A DNA stretch of 64,000 bases, from assembly GCA_016935435.1 (NCBI GenBank), contig JAFGQZ010000053.1, forward strand, positions 3,558 to 67,557. Reading direction: 5' to 3'. A program made the position numbers and the translations under genes. Source of the stretch: Bacteroidales bacterium (GTDB taxonomy: Bacteria > Bacteroidota > Bacteroidia > Bacteroidales > UBA10428). Below, piece by piece: positions 9,544-18,871 of this stretch. Below the pieces are notes generated by a model. It was not told the DNA's origin and did not search any database. It was given only the letters and a program-made list of their open reading frames with translations. Every line of letters begins with the position of its first letter. Within the stretch, counting starts at the first letter, position 1.

Positions 9544-10530
9544 TTAGCGGGCTTCGTGTTTTTTAAATATTTCAATGAGATCAATGTGTTCTTTGTGTAT
9601 CATTAAGAAATCGTTGTGCAAGATTCTTCTGGTGCTTTTTGTTTGAATATCAACTTTTTTTACAATCTTATTTTTTTCGTAATAACCAGTTTCAAAAACA
9701 AGATAATTATGCTGGTTTGCAAAGCCGATAAAATTATCGAAATGCCCTCCTTTATCGTTTACCTCAACCAACATTACCGGCTTAAGCTGTTGTATGGTTT
9801 TTTGTGCCCCATTGAGTGTTTTCAGCTCATGCCCTTCGACATCGATTTTTATATAAGCTGTTGTGTAATTATTTATGTATGGTTGAAGCAGATTGTCGAG
9901 GGTATCAATTTTTATGGTTTCTTTGCGTGCAATCTCATCGGAATTAAGTAGGATGTTGGTTTCTATTGTACTTTTATAGGAAGTTGTATCGATAATAAAT
10001 TCAGTTTCTCCTGTTTTATCTGAAGCCCCGGCCTGAATAAAAACAAAACCCTTAAAATTGTTCAGCAGGCACCTTTGGTGGTTTATGCGGTTTAGGTCGG
10101 CGTTTGGTTCGATAAAAAATACATGCCTTGAAACAGAAAGGGGCAATAACGATCGGAGCCCTAAATTTGAACCAACGTCTATCCAGGGCACTTCTTCCGG
10201 GAAATAGTTGTTAATTAGGTATTCTACTTTGTTAATTGCCCTTGAGTGCCATTTATACGACAATGCAAACTGGGCTGTTTTTTTGTCGTTTTTATCAATG
10301 TGGGTCCTAACAATTTTGCCATTAACCAGTTTTATTTTCCATAGATAGTTTATTGGCGGGAGCGGAACAAATTTTACGAAGAAATTTACCAGTATGTGGG
10401 GGCAATTCTCAAACAGAAAATTATAAATGATAAGAAAAGCTCGGTACTTAAGAAAGAAGCCTATTGCCTTTCCAATTCGGTATGATATTTTTTTTGCAGT
10501 TGTTTTTGATTGCCTGAAAATTGTATTCAT
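9544..10530 (-). CDS. FkbM-family methyltransferase
   Basis: WIDVGSNLGLRSL and IKIDVEGHELKTLNGA match the FkbM-family signature. The ORF track start at 10605 overlaps the upstream gene by 47 nt, so I prefer the internal ATG at 10530 (MNTIFRQ...). Confidence 0.7.
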   Translation of the reverse strand: MNTIFRQSKTTAKKISYRIGKAIGFFLKYRAFLIIYNFLFENCPHILVNFFVKFVPLPPINYLWKIKLVNGKIVRTHIDKNDKKTAQFALSYKWHSRAINKVEYLINNYFPEEVPWIDVGSNLGLRSLLPLSVSRHVFFIEPNADLNRINHQRCLLNNFKGFVFIQAGASDKTGETEFIIDTTSYKSTIETNILLNSDEIARKETIKIDTLDNLLQPYINNYTTAYIKIDVEGHELKTLNGAQKTIQQLKPVMLVEVNDKGGHFDNFIGFANQHNYLVFETGYYEKNKIVKKVDIQTKSTRRILHNDFLMIHKEHIDLIEIFKKHEAR

Positions 10531-10558
10531 GCTTTGTAAATATAAGAATTTCAAATGT

Positions 10559-11776
10559 TTATTGTTTTTTATGCCCCGAAGCCAATCTGTAAATATAGCC
10601 GACAAGCTTTATGGGGTTCAGCATATAATATCCTAATTTATAATATTTGCCGGTAATTACAGAATGTTTTCCGGCCAAATATGCAAGGGCGTTTTGCTTT
10701 AATACCAGTTCATATCGTTTATTTTTCGGGAAATTGATAAAGTTTTTTATTTGCGCATAATTGAAGAAGCTACCGTTGAAATTGTGTATAATATTTAGCG
10801 CAGGTGGCAATAGACGGGCCGAAAATGTTCGAATGCCGGCAGTGCAATCTTTAGCAGATATGGCATACTTATTTTTGAACAGGTGAAGCGGTTTTCCGCC
10901 GGACAAATCCACACATGTGTCGGCATCGATATCGGCACCGAGGGCAATAAGGCATTCAGGCAATATTTCTGAATAGCTGTCGTATTTATTACACGATTCA
11001 GGGAAAGGGGCAAAGCTATATTCCGCGAAGTTTATGGCATTTTCAAGGTTAACCTGGAACAAATCGGTTGCTGAAGTTTCGTGGGTGCCCTCATCGCCAA
11101 AATTGGTTGAAAACGAACAATGAGGGTAAACAATAAACAGGTTATTGTTGGCCATATATTTATAAAAATATTTTTTCCACGACGACTCGGGCCATCTTTT
11201 TACTGTTTCGGGAATACAATCGTTAAGGCTTATTTTCGGGGAACTATTGTGATAATTCCTAAACCTTTTCCATTGTTCTTTTGTCCAAGCCTGGCCCCAC
11301 GAACTGGGAACCTGCATAAAATACACATCGTAACCATCGCAAAGGGGTTGAAATGGCATTGCTGCCGCCTCGTAGTAACTGTGTGCATATAACGATATAC
11401 CAGCAATGGAATTTTCGGCATTGTAGAATGCGAGAGCCTTTTCTGCAAACCTATAGAAGTTACGGCTAACATAACAATCTTCTTCAATCAAAATTATGTT
11501 TTCGTAAACATCAGTAAGGTCACCGCACGAAAGGATGTGCTCCCTAAGCCCAATGTTTTTTTTATGTGCTATTATTTTTTTTTCGCCAAGAGCCCAGGCG
11601 AACTCATTGGCAACTTCTCTAACAAGTATATTATTGCTGCCCCCGCCGTCGATACTTATTACAAGGGTAATATTGCAGTAGCCGTTATAAGAGGCCCTTG
11701 CAACAGAATTTAATGCCCTTTTTAAAGACTCTGGCCTGTTATAGGCAGCCACTATTATTGCAGGGGTTTTTGTCAT
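10559..11776 (-). CDS. GT-A fold glycosyltransferase (GNT-I/HlpA-like), distant paralog of 13299..14228
   Basis: 405 aa. Motifs PAIIVAAYNRPESLKRALNSV, ISIDGGG and ILIEEDCYVS (EDD-like acidic motif). ATGA overlap with the upstream gene at 11773-11776. Confidence 0.6.
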   Translation of the reverse strand: MTKTPAIIVAAYNRPESLKRALNSVARASYNGYCNITLVISIDGGGSNNILVREVANEFAWALGEKKIIAHKKNIGLREHILSCGDLTDVYENIILIEEDCYVSRNFYRFAEKALAFYNAENSIAGISLYAHSYYEAAAMPFQPLCDGYDVYFMQVPSSWGQAWTKEQWKRFRNYHNSSPKISLNDCIPETVKRWPESSWKKYFYKYMANNNLFIVYPHCSFSTNFGDEGTHETSATDLFQVNLENAINFAEYSFAPFPESCNKYDSYSEILPECLIALGADIDADTCVDLSGGKPLHLFKNKYAISAKDCTAGIRTFSARLLPPALNIIHNFNGSFFNYAQIKNFINFPKNKRYELVLKQNALAYLAGKHSVITGKYYKLGYYMLNPIKLVGYIYRLASGHKKQ

Positions 11777-12636
11777 TTTTGGAGGTTGTGGTTTTTATTT
11801 TTTTTAGCAGAAGAAAACAACCTTGCTGTTTTATAAAGTGCGAGTATTAGCTGGTTTAAGGCTTTTTTCCGGCGTGCCCAGAAATAAACTTTCATGTCGG
11901 CCAAACATTTTGTATAATATTCGTAATCGGGCACAAAACGGTTTAGTACGGTTTCTTCGTAAATTTTTTTCATTTCGTAAACTTGCAGGGTTTTGTTTGA
12001 CGGGTTTGCCGACTGCCCCTGTATATTAAAATTGCTAAGTATTACATTTGTATTTGCTGTTGTGCATTTGTTAAGAATAATAGTGCGCACGAAAAATTCC
12101 CAGTCGCCCTTTAATTTTAAATCTTCGCGGTAAGGGCCAAACCTGTTAAACAGTTCCTTTTTAATAAATGTCGATTGATGGGCCAGGGTTGTGCCGAAGA
12201 AATCTTTAAATGTAAATACTTCCGGAGGATTTGTAACGAACTCAATTTTCCCATTGTTTGAGATAGCACACTTTGCGCAGACGAAATCAGTAGTAAATGG
12301 ATTTTCTTTAATCGAATTATCAAGTACATTTTCCGAAACTAAAAAATCTCCTGAATTCAGAAATAAAAGATATTCTCCGGTTGCTAAACCAATACCCTTA
12401 TTCATAGCATTAAAAATCCCTGAATCCGGTTCACTAATCCATTTAAGTTGTATCTGTGGTTTAGGTTTGATTTCTATGAGTGACAACTTTTCCAGAAATT
12501 CTTTACTTCCATCAGTACTTGCCCCGTCGATTATAATAAATTCGAAATTTTGCCATAACTGACTAAAAGCACTTTCAATTGTTTTTTGAAGGCCGGTAAG
12601 GTTGTTCAGATTAACAGTAATAATAGACAGTTTCAT
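11773..12636 (-). CDS. glycosyltransferase family 2 (paralog of 8584..9426)
   Basis: 287 aa. Motifs LSIITVNLNNLTGLQKTIESAFSQ, IDGASTDGS and FLNSGD. 4-nt overlaps at both ends. Confidence 0.85.
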   Translation of the reverse strand: MKLSIITVNLNNLTGLQKTIESAFSQLWQNFEFIIIDGASTDGSKEFLEKLSLIEIKPKPQIQLKWISEPDSGIFNAMNKGIGLATGEYLLFLNSGDFLVSENVLDNSIKENPFTTDFVCAKCAISNNGKIEFVTNPPEVFTFKDFFGTTLAHQSTFIKKELFNRFGPYREDLKLKGDWEFFVRTIILNKCTTANTNVILSNFNIQGQSANPSNKTLQVYEMKKIYEETVLNRFVPDYEYYTKCLADMKVYFWARRKKALNQLILALYKTARLFSSAKKNKNHNLQK

Positions 12637-13292
12637 ACTGCTGAATATTTGGCAATAAACCCATTAATATCGAAGAACATTTTCTCTACATCCTGCAATT
12701 GTTCTTCCGCAAAATTCCACCATTCGATTTTTAGCAATGCGTTTATTTGTTCATCCGTAAACCTATACCTTTTTATTGCTATTGGCGAACCAACAGCAAT
12801 GGCATAGGGGGGGATGTTCTTGCTAACAACTGCCCCGGCGCCAATAACGGCACCGTGGCCTATAGTTATGCCTTCTAAAACAGTTACGTTTGCGCCAATA
12901 AACACATCGTTGCCAATGGCTACCTGTTTACGTTCTTCTGCTTTATCGGCTTTCGACAATGTAATTCCGTTTGGCTTATGTGTTTTGGAATAAAACATAG
13001 GCGCAGTGCTTAAGCCATTGGTAGGGTGTATGCCCCAGCCGCAGAAAAAATTTGGCCCTATGGAGCAGAATTTTCCTATAGTGGCCCCGTTAACAAACGA
13101 ATTTTCGCTGATATACGAATAATCGCCTACAGAACTATTATATATACGCGACACCGGGTTTATTTTTGTGTGTTTGCCAAACAAGGCCCCCTCATGCCAG
13201 CTTTTCAGCCCGTTAAAGTTGTATTCGGGGCTTTTAAGCTTATATAGCTCGGGGAATATTTTGATTATTAATTTCTGAACGAAATTTGCCAT
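12633..13292 (-). CDS. hexapeptide-repeat acetyltransferase, XAT (Vat/CatB-like) class
   Basis: 219 aa. IGNDVFIGANVTVLEGITIGHGAVIGAGAVVSKNIPPYAIAVGSPIAIKRYRF plus the C-terminal WWNF tail are typical of xenobiotic-type acetyltransferases. Confidence 0.8.
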   Translation of the reverse strand: MANFVQKLIIKIFPELYKLKSPEYNFNGLKSWHEGALFGKHTKINPVSRIYNSSVGDYSYISENSFVNGATIGKFCSIGPNFFCGWGIHPTNGLSTAPMFYSKTHKPNGITLSKADKAEERKQVAIGNDVFIGANVTVLEGITIGHGAVIGAGAVVSKNIPPYAIAVGSPIAIKRYRFTDEQINALLKIEWWNFAEEQLQDVEKMFFDINGFIAKYSAV

Positions 13293-13298
13293 AGGCTT

Positions 13299-14228
13299 TT
13301 AATTAAGCTTAATTAGTTTTTTTATAAACCTTTTAATTTTTTTTGTTGCCGGGGTGTACTCAACAAATTTATCATAGTAAAAATCGTGATAATACAAATC
13401 TGCATCGCGGCATATTTCTTCGTTATCGCTGAACTCCAGGGGGAGAATGCCCTGCAATTGCCTGTTTGCAGTTACCGCATTGGGGTTTGTAGTGTGTGTG
13501 GCATCGGGGCCAAAACCAATATTTGATGAGAGGTTTGAATTAGGGACAATAGATTTTGCCCTGGCGGCCCATATCGAAAATATAAACTGATAGTCCCAGG
13601 ACGAATTGCCATAATACCCCGATTTAACCTGTCGATAAATGTTCAGCCACCATTTTTGTTCCCTTTTGGTGGCTTTATACCATTGCATCGATTTTTTAAT
13701 TTGTTTTTCGGGATAACTGTTAAGGGAATAATCGAACTTTTCCCAGGCCCTTTTCCAGCTTGCCCATGCACAAAGAGGCCCGTTCTGCATTGAAAAATAG
13801 TAGGAGCCGTTGCCCCTTTTTTGTGGCTGAAAATTGGAGCTGTTAATTGCCATAATGTTTTTATTGTGCCGGTATTTATTGAGCAATATGGCTGCATATT
13901 CAAAAAAATCGATGTGTGGCACAACATCGTCTTCAATAATAATTCCTTCGTTAGCGTGTTCGAAAAACCATGTAATAGCAGTCGAAGGCCCCCTTCCGCA
14001 ACCAATATTTTCTGACTGAAAGAGGGTCTTTACTTCACAGTCCCAGTCGATGTTGTTTAACAGCCATGAACGCACAGCCTCACATTTTTCTTTTTCCCCG
14101 ACTTTTTCTTTCCTGGGCCCGTCGGCTGCAATAAAAAACTGTTGTGGCTTATAGGTTTTTATCGAATTAAAAACTTGTTGTACAGTGTGAAGCCGATTAA
14201 AAACTATGAATAAAACTGGTGTTTTCAT
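13299..14228 (-). CDS. GT-A fold nucleotide-diphospho-sugar transferase (HlpA-like)
   Basis: 309 aa. Motifs MKTPVLFIVFNRLHTVQQVFNSI, FIAADGPR and GIIIEDDVVP follow the pattern of the family often annotated hemolytic protein HlpA-like / GT2-like. Confidence 0.6.
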   Translation of the reverse strand: MKTPVLFIVFNRLHTVQQVFNSIKTYKPQQFFIAADGPRKEKVGEKEKCEAVRSWLLNNIDWDCEVKTLFQSENIGCGRGPSTAITWFFEHANEGIIIEDDVVPHIDFFEYAAILLNKYRHNKNIMAINSSNFQPQKRGNGSYYFSMQNGPLCAWASWKRAWEKFDYSLNSYPEKQIKKSMQWYKATKREQKWWLNIYRQVKSGYYGNSSWDYQFIFSIWAARAKSIVPNSNLSSNIGFGPDATHTTNPNAVTANRQLQGILPLEFSDNEEICRDADLYYHDFYYDKFVEYTPATKKIKRFIKKLIKLN

Positions 14229-14233
14229 GCAAT

Positions 14234-15163
14234 TTATAAATATGGGTTTTTAGGGAGGTCGATTATTGTCCAGTCCCTGCTTTTTAATTCATTAATGGTT
14301 AAACTGCTTGCTTTTTCTTTAAAAAAGATGAGCATTATGCCACTATATGCTAATAGCCCAAGCTTACACTTTTCATCCTGGTAATTTACAGTGTCCACAA
14401 TTTCTTTAAATATTGCCGATTTATTTATGTCGGCTGGTTCAAATTCGCAGCCTTTTATGTAATGCGAGTTGTACCCTTTAAACGCCAGTTGGGGAAGGTT
14501 AAGGCCACGGGCAATTTTTTGGGCTTCGCGGTTTGATATGGAGTAAACATAGTTGCCACTTGTTTCGTACCCATAATCGGGGAAAATGGTTTTGCCATAA
14601 AAACGGGGTTTCTTGCATAAGCCTTTTCGGGCAAGGAAATTCTTAATTTTATAGCCGATAAAAGTTTTAAAGCCAATTGTTGATACCAGCGGATCGTCGT
14701 TAGGCTCCACCAGTATTACAGCCTTTGAGGCTACCCTGAGCATTTCGTACAAAGCAATATAGGGCCTGGGAAAGTGATGGAACGATTCTTTACAGAAAAT
14801 ATAATCGAACGAATTGTCGGGGAAGCTTAGTTTTTCGGCGTTTTCAATATGGTACTTATCTATAAGCCCTTTTTCTTTTGATGCTTTCAGCAGGGTTTCG
14901 CAAATATCGGTAGGTATAATGTTTGCAATGCCCCGTTTTTTTAACCTAATCGAATCTAAACCCCAGCGGCCGTCGCCAATGGTAAGCCAGGTGGCCGATT
15001 CATGGCCGGCAATGCAATCGGCAGCCTCGTACATCCGGTTATGGAGCCAGTAGTCGGCAGTGGTTTCATCAAACCAGCTTTCGGTCAACTTTATATGCTC
15101 TTCAGATGTGTCGCTGAATATTTTCGATTGTTTATCGTAGAGCAATTCTTTAGAATCTTTCAT
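14234..15163 (-). CDS. class I SAM-dependent methyltransferase
   Basis: 309 aa. WLTIGDGRWGLDSIRL (motif I-like), FDYIFCKESFHHFPRP and AVILVEPND are Methyltransf_11-like. Confidence 0.7.
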   Translation of the reverse strand: MKDSKELLYDKQSKIFSDTSEEHIKLTESWFDETTADYWLHNRMYEAADCIAGHESATWLTIGDGRWGLDSIRLKKRGIANIIPTDICETLLKASKEKGLIDKYHIENAEKLSFPDNSFDYIFCKESFHHFPRPYIALYEMLRVASKAVILVEPNDDPLVSTIGFKTFIGYKIKNFLARKGLCKKPRFYGKTIFPDYGYETSGNYVYSISNREAQKIARGLNLPQLAFKGYNSHYIKGCEFEPADINKSAIFKEIVDTVNYQDEKCKLGLLAYSGIMLIFFKEKASSLTINELKSRDWTIIDLPKNPYL

Positions 15164-15273
15164 TTCCGGTGTTATGTTAAGAACTAAAAATTAATATTTT
15201 TTCATCGATTTTGCCATTTATAAATTGAATTCCATGCCGGATGTCAAAAATTTATTTAGCGGAATAAAAATAA

Positions 15274-16167
15274 CTATGCCCCGCGCCAATCCCATCGCCC
15301 CCTTTTTATTCCTTTTCGAATGGCTTTTGCGGCGTCCTTAATCCTTAATGTGGCAACAATCCGTGGAATTAGCCATGATGCTGCCAGCTTGTTTTCGGCC
15401 CATAGAAACCCCCACCACGATATTAGCCATGCAACTGCCAGGCTTTCTTTTGAAACAGTCTTTAAAAGGGTATATGCACTGCAGCAAGCCAGCGAATATG
15501 AATAAAAGCTTTGCCAGTTATTGTTACGGGTAAGAGAGCCAGGCCGGTCGGCAACGCAATATAATCGAGGTTCGCAGGCTGCCCAATTTTTAAGGTTTAA
15601 AGCCAGCCTTATCGAAAACAAAATATCATCGCCCCCGGTAATTTCCTGATATCTGATGCCATGTTTAACAATAAAATTGCGTTTAATAAACTTGCCCCAG
15701 GGGCAAGGTACGCCCAAGGCAATACTGTCGGGGGTTTTGCTCTCAATTGCTTTGTCGATGGCATTGTTTATTAAGGGGTAATCCGAAATGGTGCCTTCAA
15801 TTGTTTCTCGCAAACATTTGAAAAAAACAATTTCGTTCTTGTCATCAATGTGTTTGTCGAGCAATTCGTTAAACGATTGGGTAAAATAATCGTCGGCATC
15901 GGAAAAAATAACCCATTTCCCCCGCGCCACCGACATGCCTGCGTTTCTGGCATACCCGGGGCCTTTCCCGCTTTTACCCTTAGAAAAAATAATTTCGGTA
16001 TCTTTTCGATCCTTGCCCGGGAAACAGTCGAAATTTACTTTTTCCGGCGAACTGTTGTCGTCGATAATAATAATTTGAACATCTGTTCTTTCAGGAATAG
16101 AATCGAGACAACGCTGAAGCAAATCCGGCGTGTTTTTATGGGGTATAATTATAGAGTAGTTTATCAT
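15274..16167 (-). CDS. glycosyltransferase family 2
   Basis: 297 aa. Motifs YSIIIPHKNTPDLLQRCLDSI, IIIDDNS and FSDADD. Confidence 0.85.
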   Translation of the reverse strand: MINYSIIIPHKNTPDLLQRCLDSIPERTDVQIIIIDDNSSPEKVNFDCFPGKDRKDTEIIFSKGKSGKGPGYARNAGMSVARGKWVIFSDADDYFTQSFNELLDKHIDDKNEIVFFKCLRETIEGTISDYPLINNAIDKAIESKTPDSIALGVPCPWGKFIKRNFIVKHGIRYQEITGGDDILFSIRLALNLKNWAACEPRLYCVADRPGSLTRNNNWQSFYSYSLACCSAYTLLKTVSKESLAVAWLISWWGFLWAENKLAASWLIPRIVATLRIKDAAKAIRKGIKRGRWDWRGA

Positions 16168-16324
16168 ATTAGTTTTTCATTTGCTGTGCTTGCCTAATAG
16201 CTTTTATAAGATAACCGTCTGAAAAATTATTCTGGTACCAATAAGGAACATCAATTTTTTTATATTCACATACCACAGAGGCAGTCTCAAAATATTTATA
16301 CAAAAACCTTCAAACCGTTATTCT

Positions 16325-17299
16325 TTAAGAGTTTGCTGAAATAATACCAAGCATTTTGTTTTCAACCCGGGCAAAAGTATCCATAATATATTCTTCTGCC
16401 TTTGGCGCCAAACGGGGCTGCGATATGAAATCATTCATCAGCCTGGGCGAATTATATAAATCGCTAATGAAATTTATTGCCGATTGGTTATCCTTGCCTT
16501 TCTCCCAGAACACAATAGCGTTATGGTTTAGCACATCGGGTTCGGGACGGTTGTTGCTACCCCAGTAAACTGGTATGCACCCCGCATAAACAGATTGAAA
16601 TATTTTTTCTGTAACATATCCGAAAGCGTTTGAGTTTTCGGGGCATATATTAAAATAGAACGATTTTAGGTACTCTGTTTTTTTGTCGTTGAAAAGGGTA
16701 AGCAAACTGTCGTCGTTATGCCTGTATTTGCCTGCGCACGATACGGTTTCTATAGAGTTGAGGCTGTCGATTAAAGCGTCTCTTAAACCATTTGCGCTGT
16801 GACTGGATATGCACGAGGCAAATTTTGTTTTTTGGTTAACAGGTGGAAACCTCAAATGGTTGCATGTTGTTTTAATATCGCTGGTTTTCATGAAGAAAAC
16901 ATCCATCCAGTTGGGAAACCTGATATATTTTTCGTGTTCAAAACATTCAAAGCCCATAGAAAGGTTAATTTTATCAGAAAGAAGAAAATAATCGGCATAT
17001 TGCAGGTAGCTTTTAGTTTTAAGGTTTTCTGCGCCATAAAAAATATTGATATCGCACTTTGTATGGTTTATTAAATTTCTGTCGCCAAAAACAGAGAAGA
17101 AACCAATTTTAAGCTTTGGGTTTTTATTTAGCAAGCCAGGCCTTGATTTCAGAAACCTGTACCAATACATTTCGTCGAAGGGTTGTTCCCAAAAGTTGTA
17201 AAACTGCACCTGCCTGCCCGAATTCCTTTCTATTTGTTGTTTCTGGCTGGTTGTTAATTTGTTTTCAGTTTTATAATGTTTTAAAATTTTTTGTATCAT
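16325..17299 (-). CDS. GT10 alpha-1,3/4-fucosyltransferase-like glycosyltransferase
   Basis: 324 aa. FNICPENSNAFGYVTEKIFQSVYAGCIPVYWG closely mirrors the GT10 nucleotide-sugar motif recalled from Helicobacter pylori FucT (FNLCFEN...GYVTEKI...IPIYWG). Confidence 0.8.
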   Translation of the reverse strand: MIQKILKHYKTENKLTTSQKQQIERNSGRQVQFYNFWEQPFDEMYWYRFLKSRPGLLNKNPKLKIGFFSVFGDRNLINHTKCDINIFYGAENLKTKSYLQYADYFLLSDKINLSMGFECFEHEKYIRFPNWMDVFFMKTSDIKTTCNHLRFPPVNQKTKFASCISSHSANGLRDALIDSLNSIETVSCAGKYRHNDDSLLTLFNDKKTEYLKSFYFNICPENSNAFGYVTEKIFQSVYAGCIPVYWGSNNRPEPDVLNHNAIVFWEKGKDNQSAINFISDLYNSPRLMNDFISQPRLAPKAEEYIMDTFARVENKMLGIISANS

Positions 17300-18207
17300 A
17301 GCCAGTTGGTTTGTATGGTTTTATTTTTGTTTATGCTATGCATAAGTGGTTTTCTTATTTTTAGCAGGTATAAAAACTCCGGAACCGATTTCTTGAGTAG
17401 TTTAAGGTTTAACCGCAAGGCCTGTATGAATAATGTTTTTACCTTTTTTAAAATTATGGCATTGCAATTTATTGGTGTATTAATATTGGCAAGGTTTAGC
17501 AACAGGAATTTTTTCCAGTCGAGGTGTTTTTCGCGGTATTTATCAACTCTTGTCCCAATATCGTGAGAATAGCCCAGCTTGGGACAGATGCCAATTTTAA
17601 AGCCAAAATATTTTAAGCGGTGTATATAGTTATCGTCTTCGCCATAATGAAAAAACAACGGGTCGAAGCCGCCCAATGCCCGAATGGTTTTTATAGGCAT
17701 CAACCAGCATGCGGCACAGGCAAAGGGCACTTCATAAACATCTTTAACCCTGTTAAAATACAAATCAGAAAAAAAGTCGTTTGCTGTTTTGGCCTGGCGG
17801 GCAAAATGCATTAACACTTCCTGTTCTATTTTATTCATTCCGGCATATAATTGTAAAGGGCTCAATATGCCAAATTCGGGGTGGTTTTCTAAAATGGCAA
17901 TCAGCCCTGATATTGTATTTTTTTCATTCAGCCATGCGTCCTGGTTAAGCAGCAATACATAATCGGCATTGTTATCGAGCGCATAGCGCAAGCCTATATT
18001 GTTGCCCCTGGCAAACCCCAGGTTTTCTTTGAACTCAAATAATTTTATATGCGGATAGTGCTGTTTTATATAGCCAGGTGTTCCGTCGGTAGAATTATTG
18101 TCAATAACAACAATGCTAATTGGGATATCTGCCCCGGCTATGCTGTCAAAGCACTTTTTGTACCATTGCATTCCGTTATATGCTACTATAATTGCAAATA
18201 TTTTCAT
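17296..18207 (-). CDS. glycosyltransferase family 2 (rhamnosyltransferase-like)
   Basis: Motifs MKIFAIIVAYNGMQWYKKCFDSI, VVIDNNSTDGT and LLLNQDA. The ORF track start at 18273 overlaps the upstream gene by 50 nt. The ATG at 18207 removes that overlap and gives a canonical GT2 N-terminus. Confidence 0.8.
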   Translation of the reverse strand: MKIFAIIVAYNGMQWYKKCFDSIAGADIPISIVVIDNNSTDGTPGYIKQHYPHIKLFEFKENLGFARGNNIGLRYALDNNADYVLLLNQDAWLNEKNTISGLIAILENHPEFGILSPLQLYAGMNKIEQEVLMHFARQAKTANDFFSDLYFNRVKDVYEVPFACAACWLMPIKTIRALGGFDPLFFHYGEDDNYIHRLKYFGFKIGICPKLGYSHDIGTRVDKYREKHLDWKKFLLLNLANINTPINCNAIILKKVKTLFIQALRLNLKLLKKSVPEFLYLLKIRKPLMHSINKNKTIQTNWL

Positions 18208-18223
18208 GGTTGTTAAACTATTG

Positions 18224-18871
18224 TTATTGCCAATTGACATTTTGCCTGATAACACGTGCAGGTACGCCAGCAACCAGGCTGTTGTCGGGGACGTTTTTTG
18301 TTACCACTGCGCCGGCAGCCACAACCGCCCCATTTCCGATAGTGACACCTTTAAGTATAATGGCATTTTTTGCTATCCAAACATGATTTTTAATTACAAC
18401 AGGGGCCGTTGTAATACTTCCACTAATGGTGTGGTTGTCTGAATCGGAAATGGTAACATTTTCCGCAATGGCGCAATCGTCGCCAATCTCAATATAATTA
18501 TAACAATTAAGGGTTGAATTGGTATTTAGGAACCCTTTTCCGTTAATGACCAACCTGGCATTTGGCGCAAGATAAACCGACGCACCCTGGTAAAGATGAA
18601 AGGGCCCGTTGCATTCGAGTGTTGAGCACTCGGAGAGCCTGAACTCCGAAGTATATTTGTTTTTTTTATCGGGGAACCAGCAACTGTTTATTGACAATGA
18701 ACCTGCCGGGCCGTAAATAATTTTGGCATATTTTGAAATCGACACAATGGTTTTTCTTCCGATAATCATCTGGCCTTTTTTTGAAAAAGCTACCTTTTGC
18801 CAATAAAATATTGGGAAGTGGCCTTGCAGGAATTCGCGAAGCAACCGCTTTATTTTCTTTAAGTACATCAT
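18224..18871 (-). CDS. hexapeptide-repeat acetyltransferase
   Basis: 215 aa. IGDDCAIAENVTISDSDNH and VWIAKNAIILKGVTIGNGAVVAAGAVVTKNVPDNSLVAGVPARV. Confidence 0.8.
   Translation of the reverse strand: MMYLKKIKRLLREFLQGHFPIFYWQKVAFSKKGQMIIGRKTIVSISKYAKIIYGPAGSLSINSCWFPDKKNKYTSEFRLSECSTLECNGPFHLYQGASVYLAPNARLVINGKGFLNTNSTLNCYNYIEIGDDCAIAENVTISDSDNHTISGSITTAPVVIKNHVWIAKNAIILKGVTIGNGAVVAAGAVVTKNVPDNSLVAGVPARVIRQNVNWQ

Noticed and set aside
16188-16200. The 13-mer GCTTGCCTAATAG is shared between 16188-16200 and 62853-62865. Likewise CACATAAAGCTTT occurs at 46994-47006 and 47047-47059.
   Set aside because: A rough estimate gives tens of chance 13-mer coincidences among all position pairs in a 64-kb window on both strands. 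No extended similarity surrounds them.
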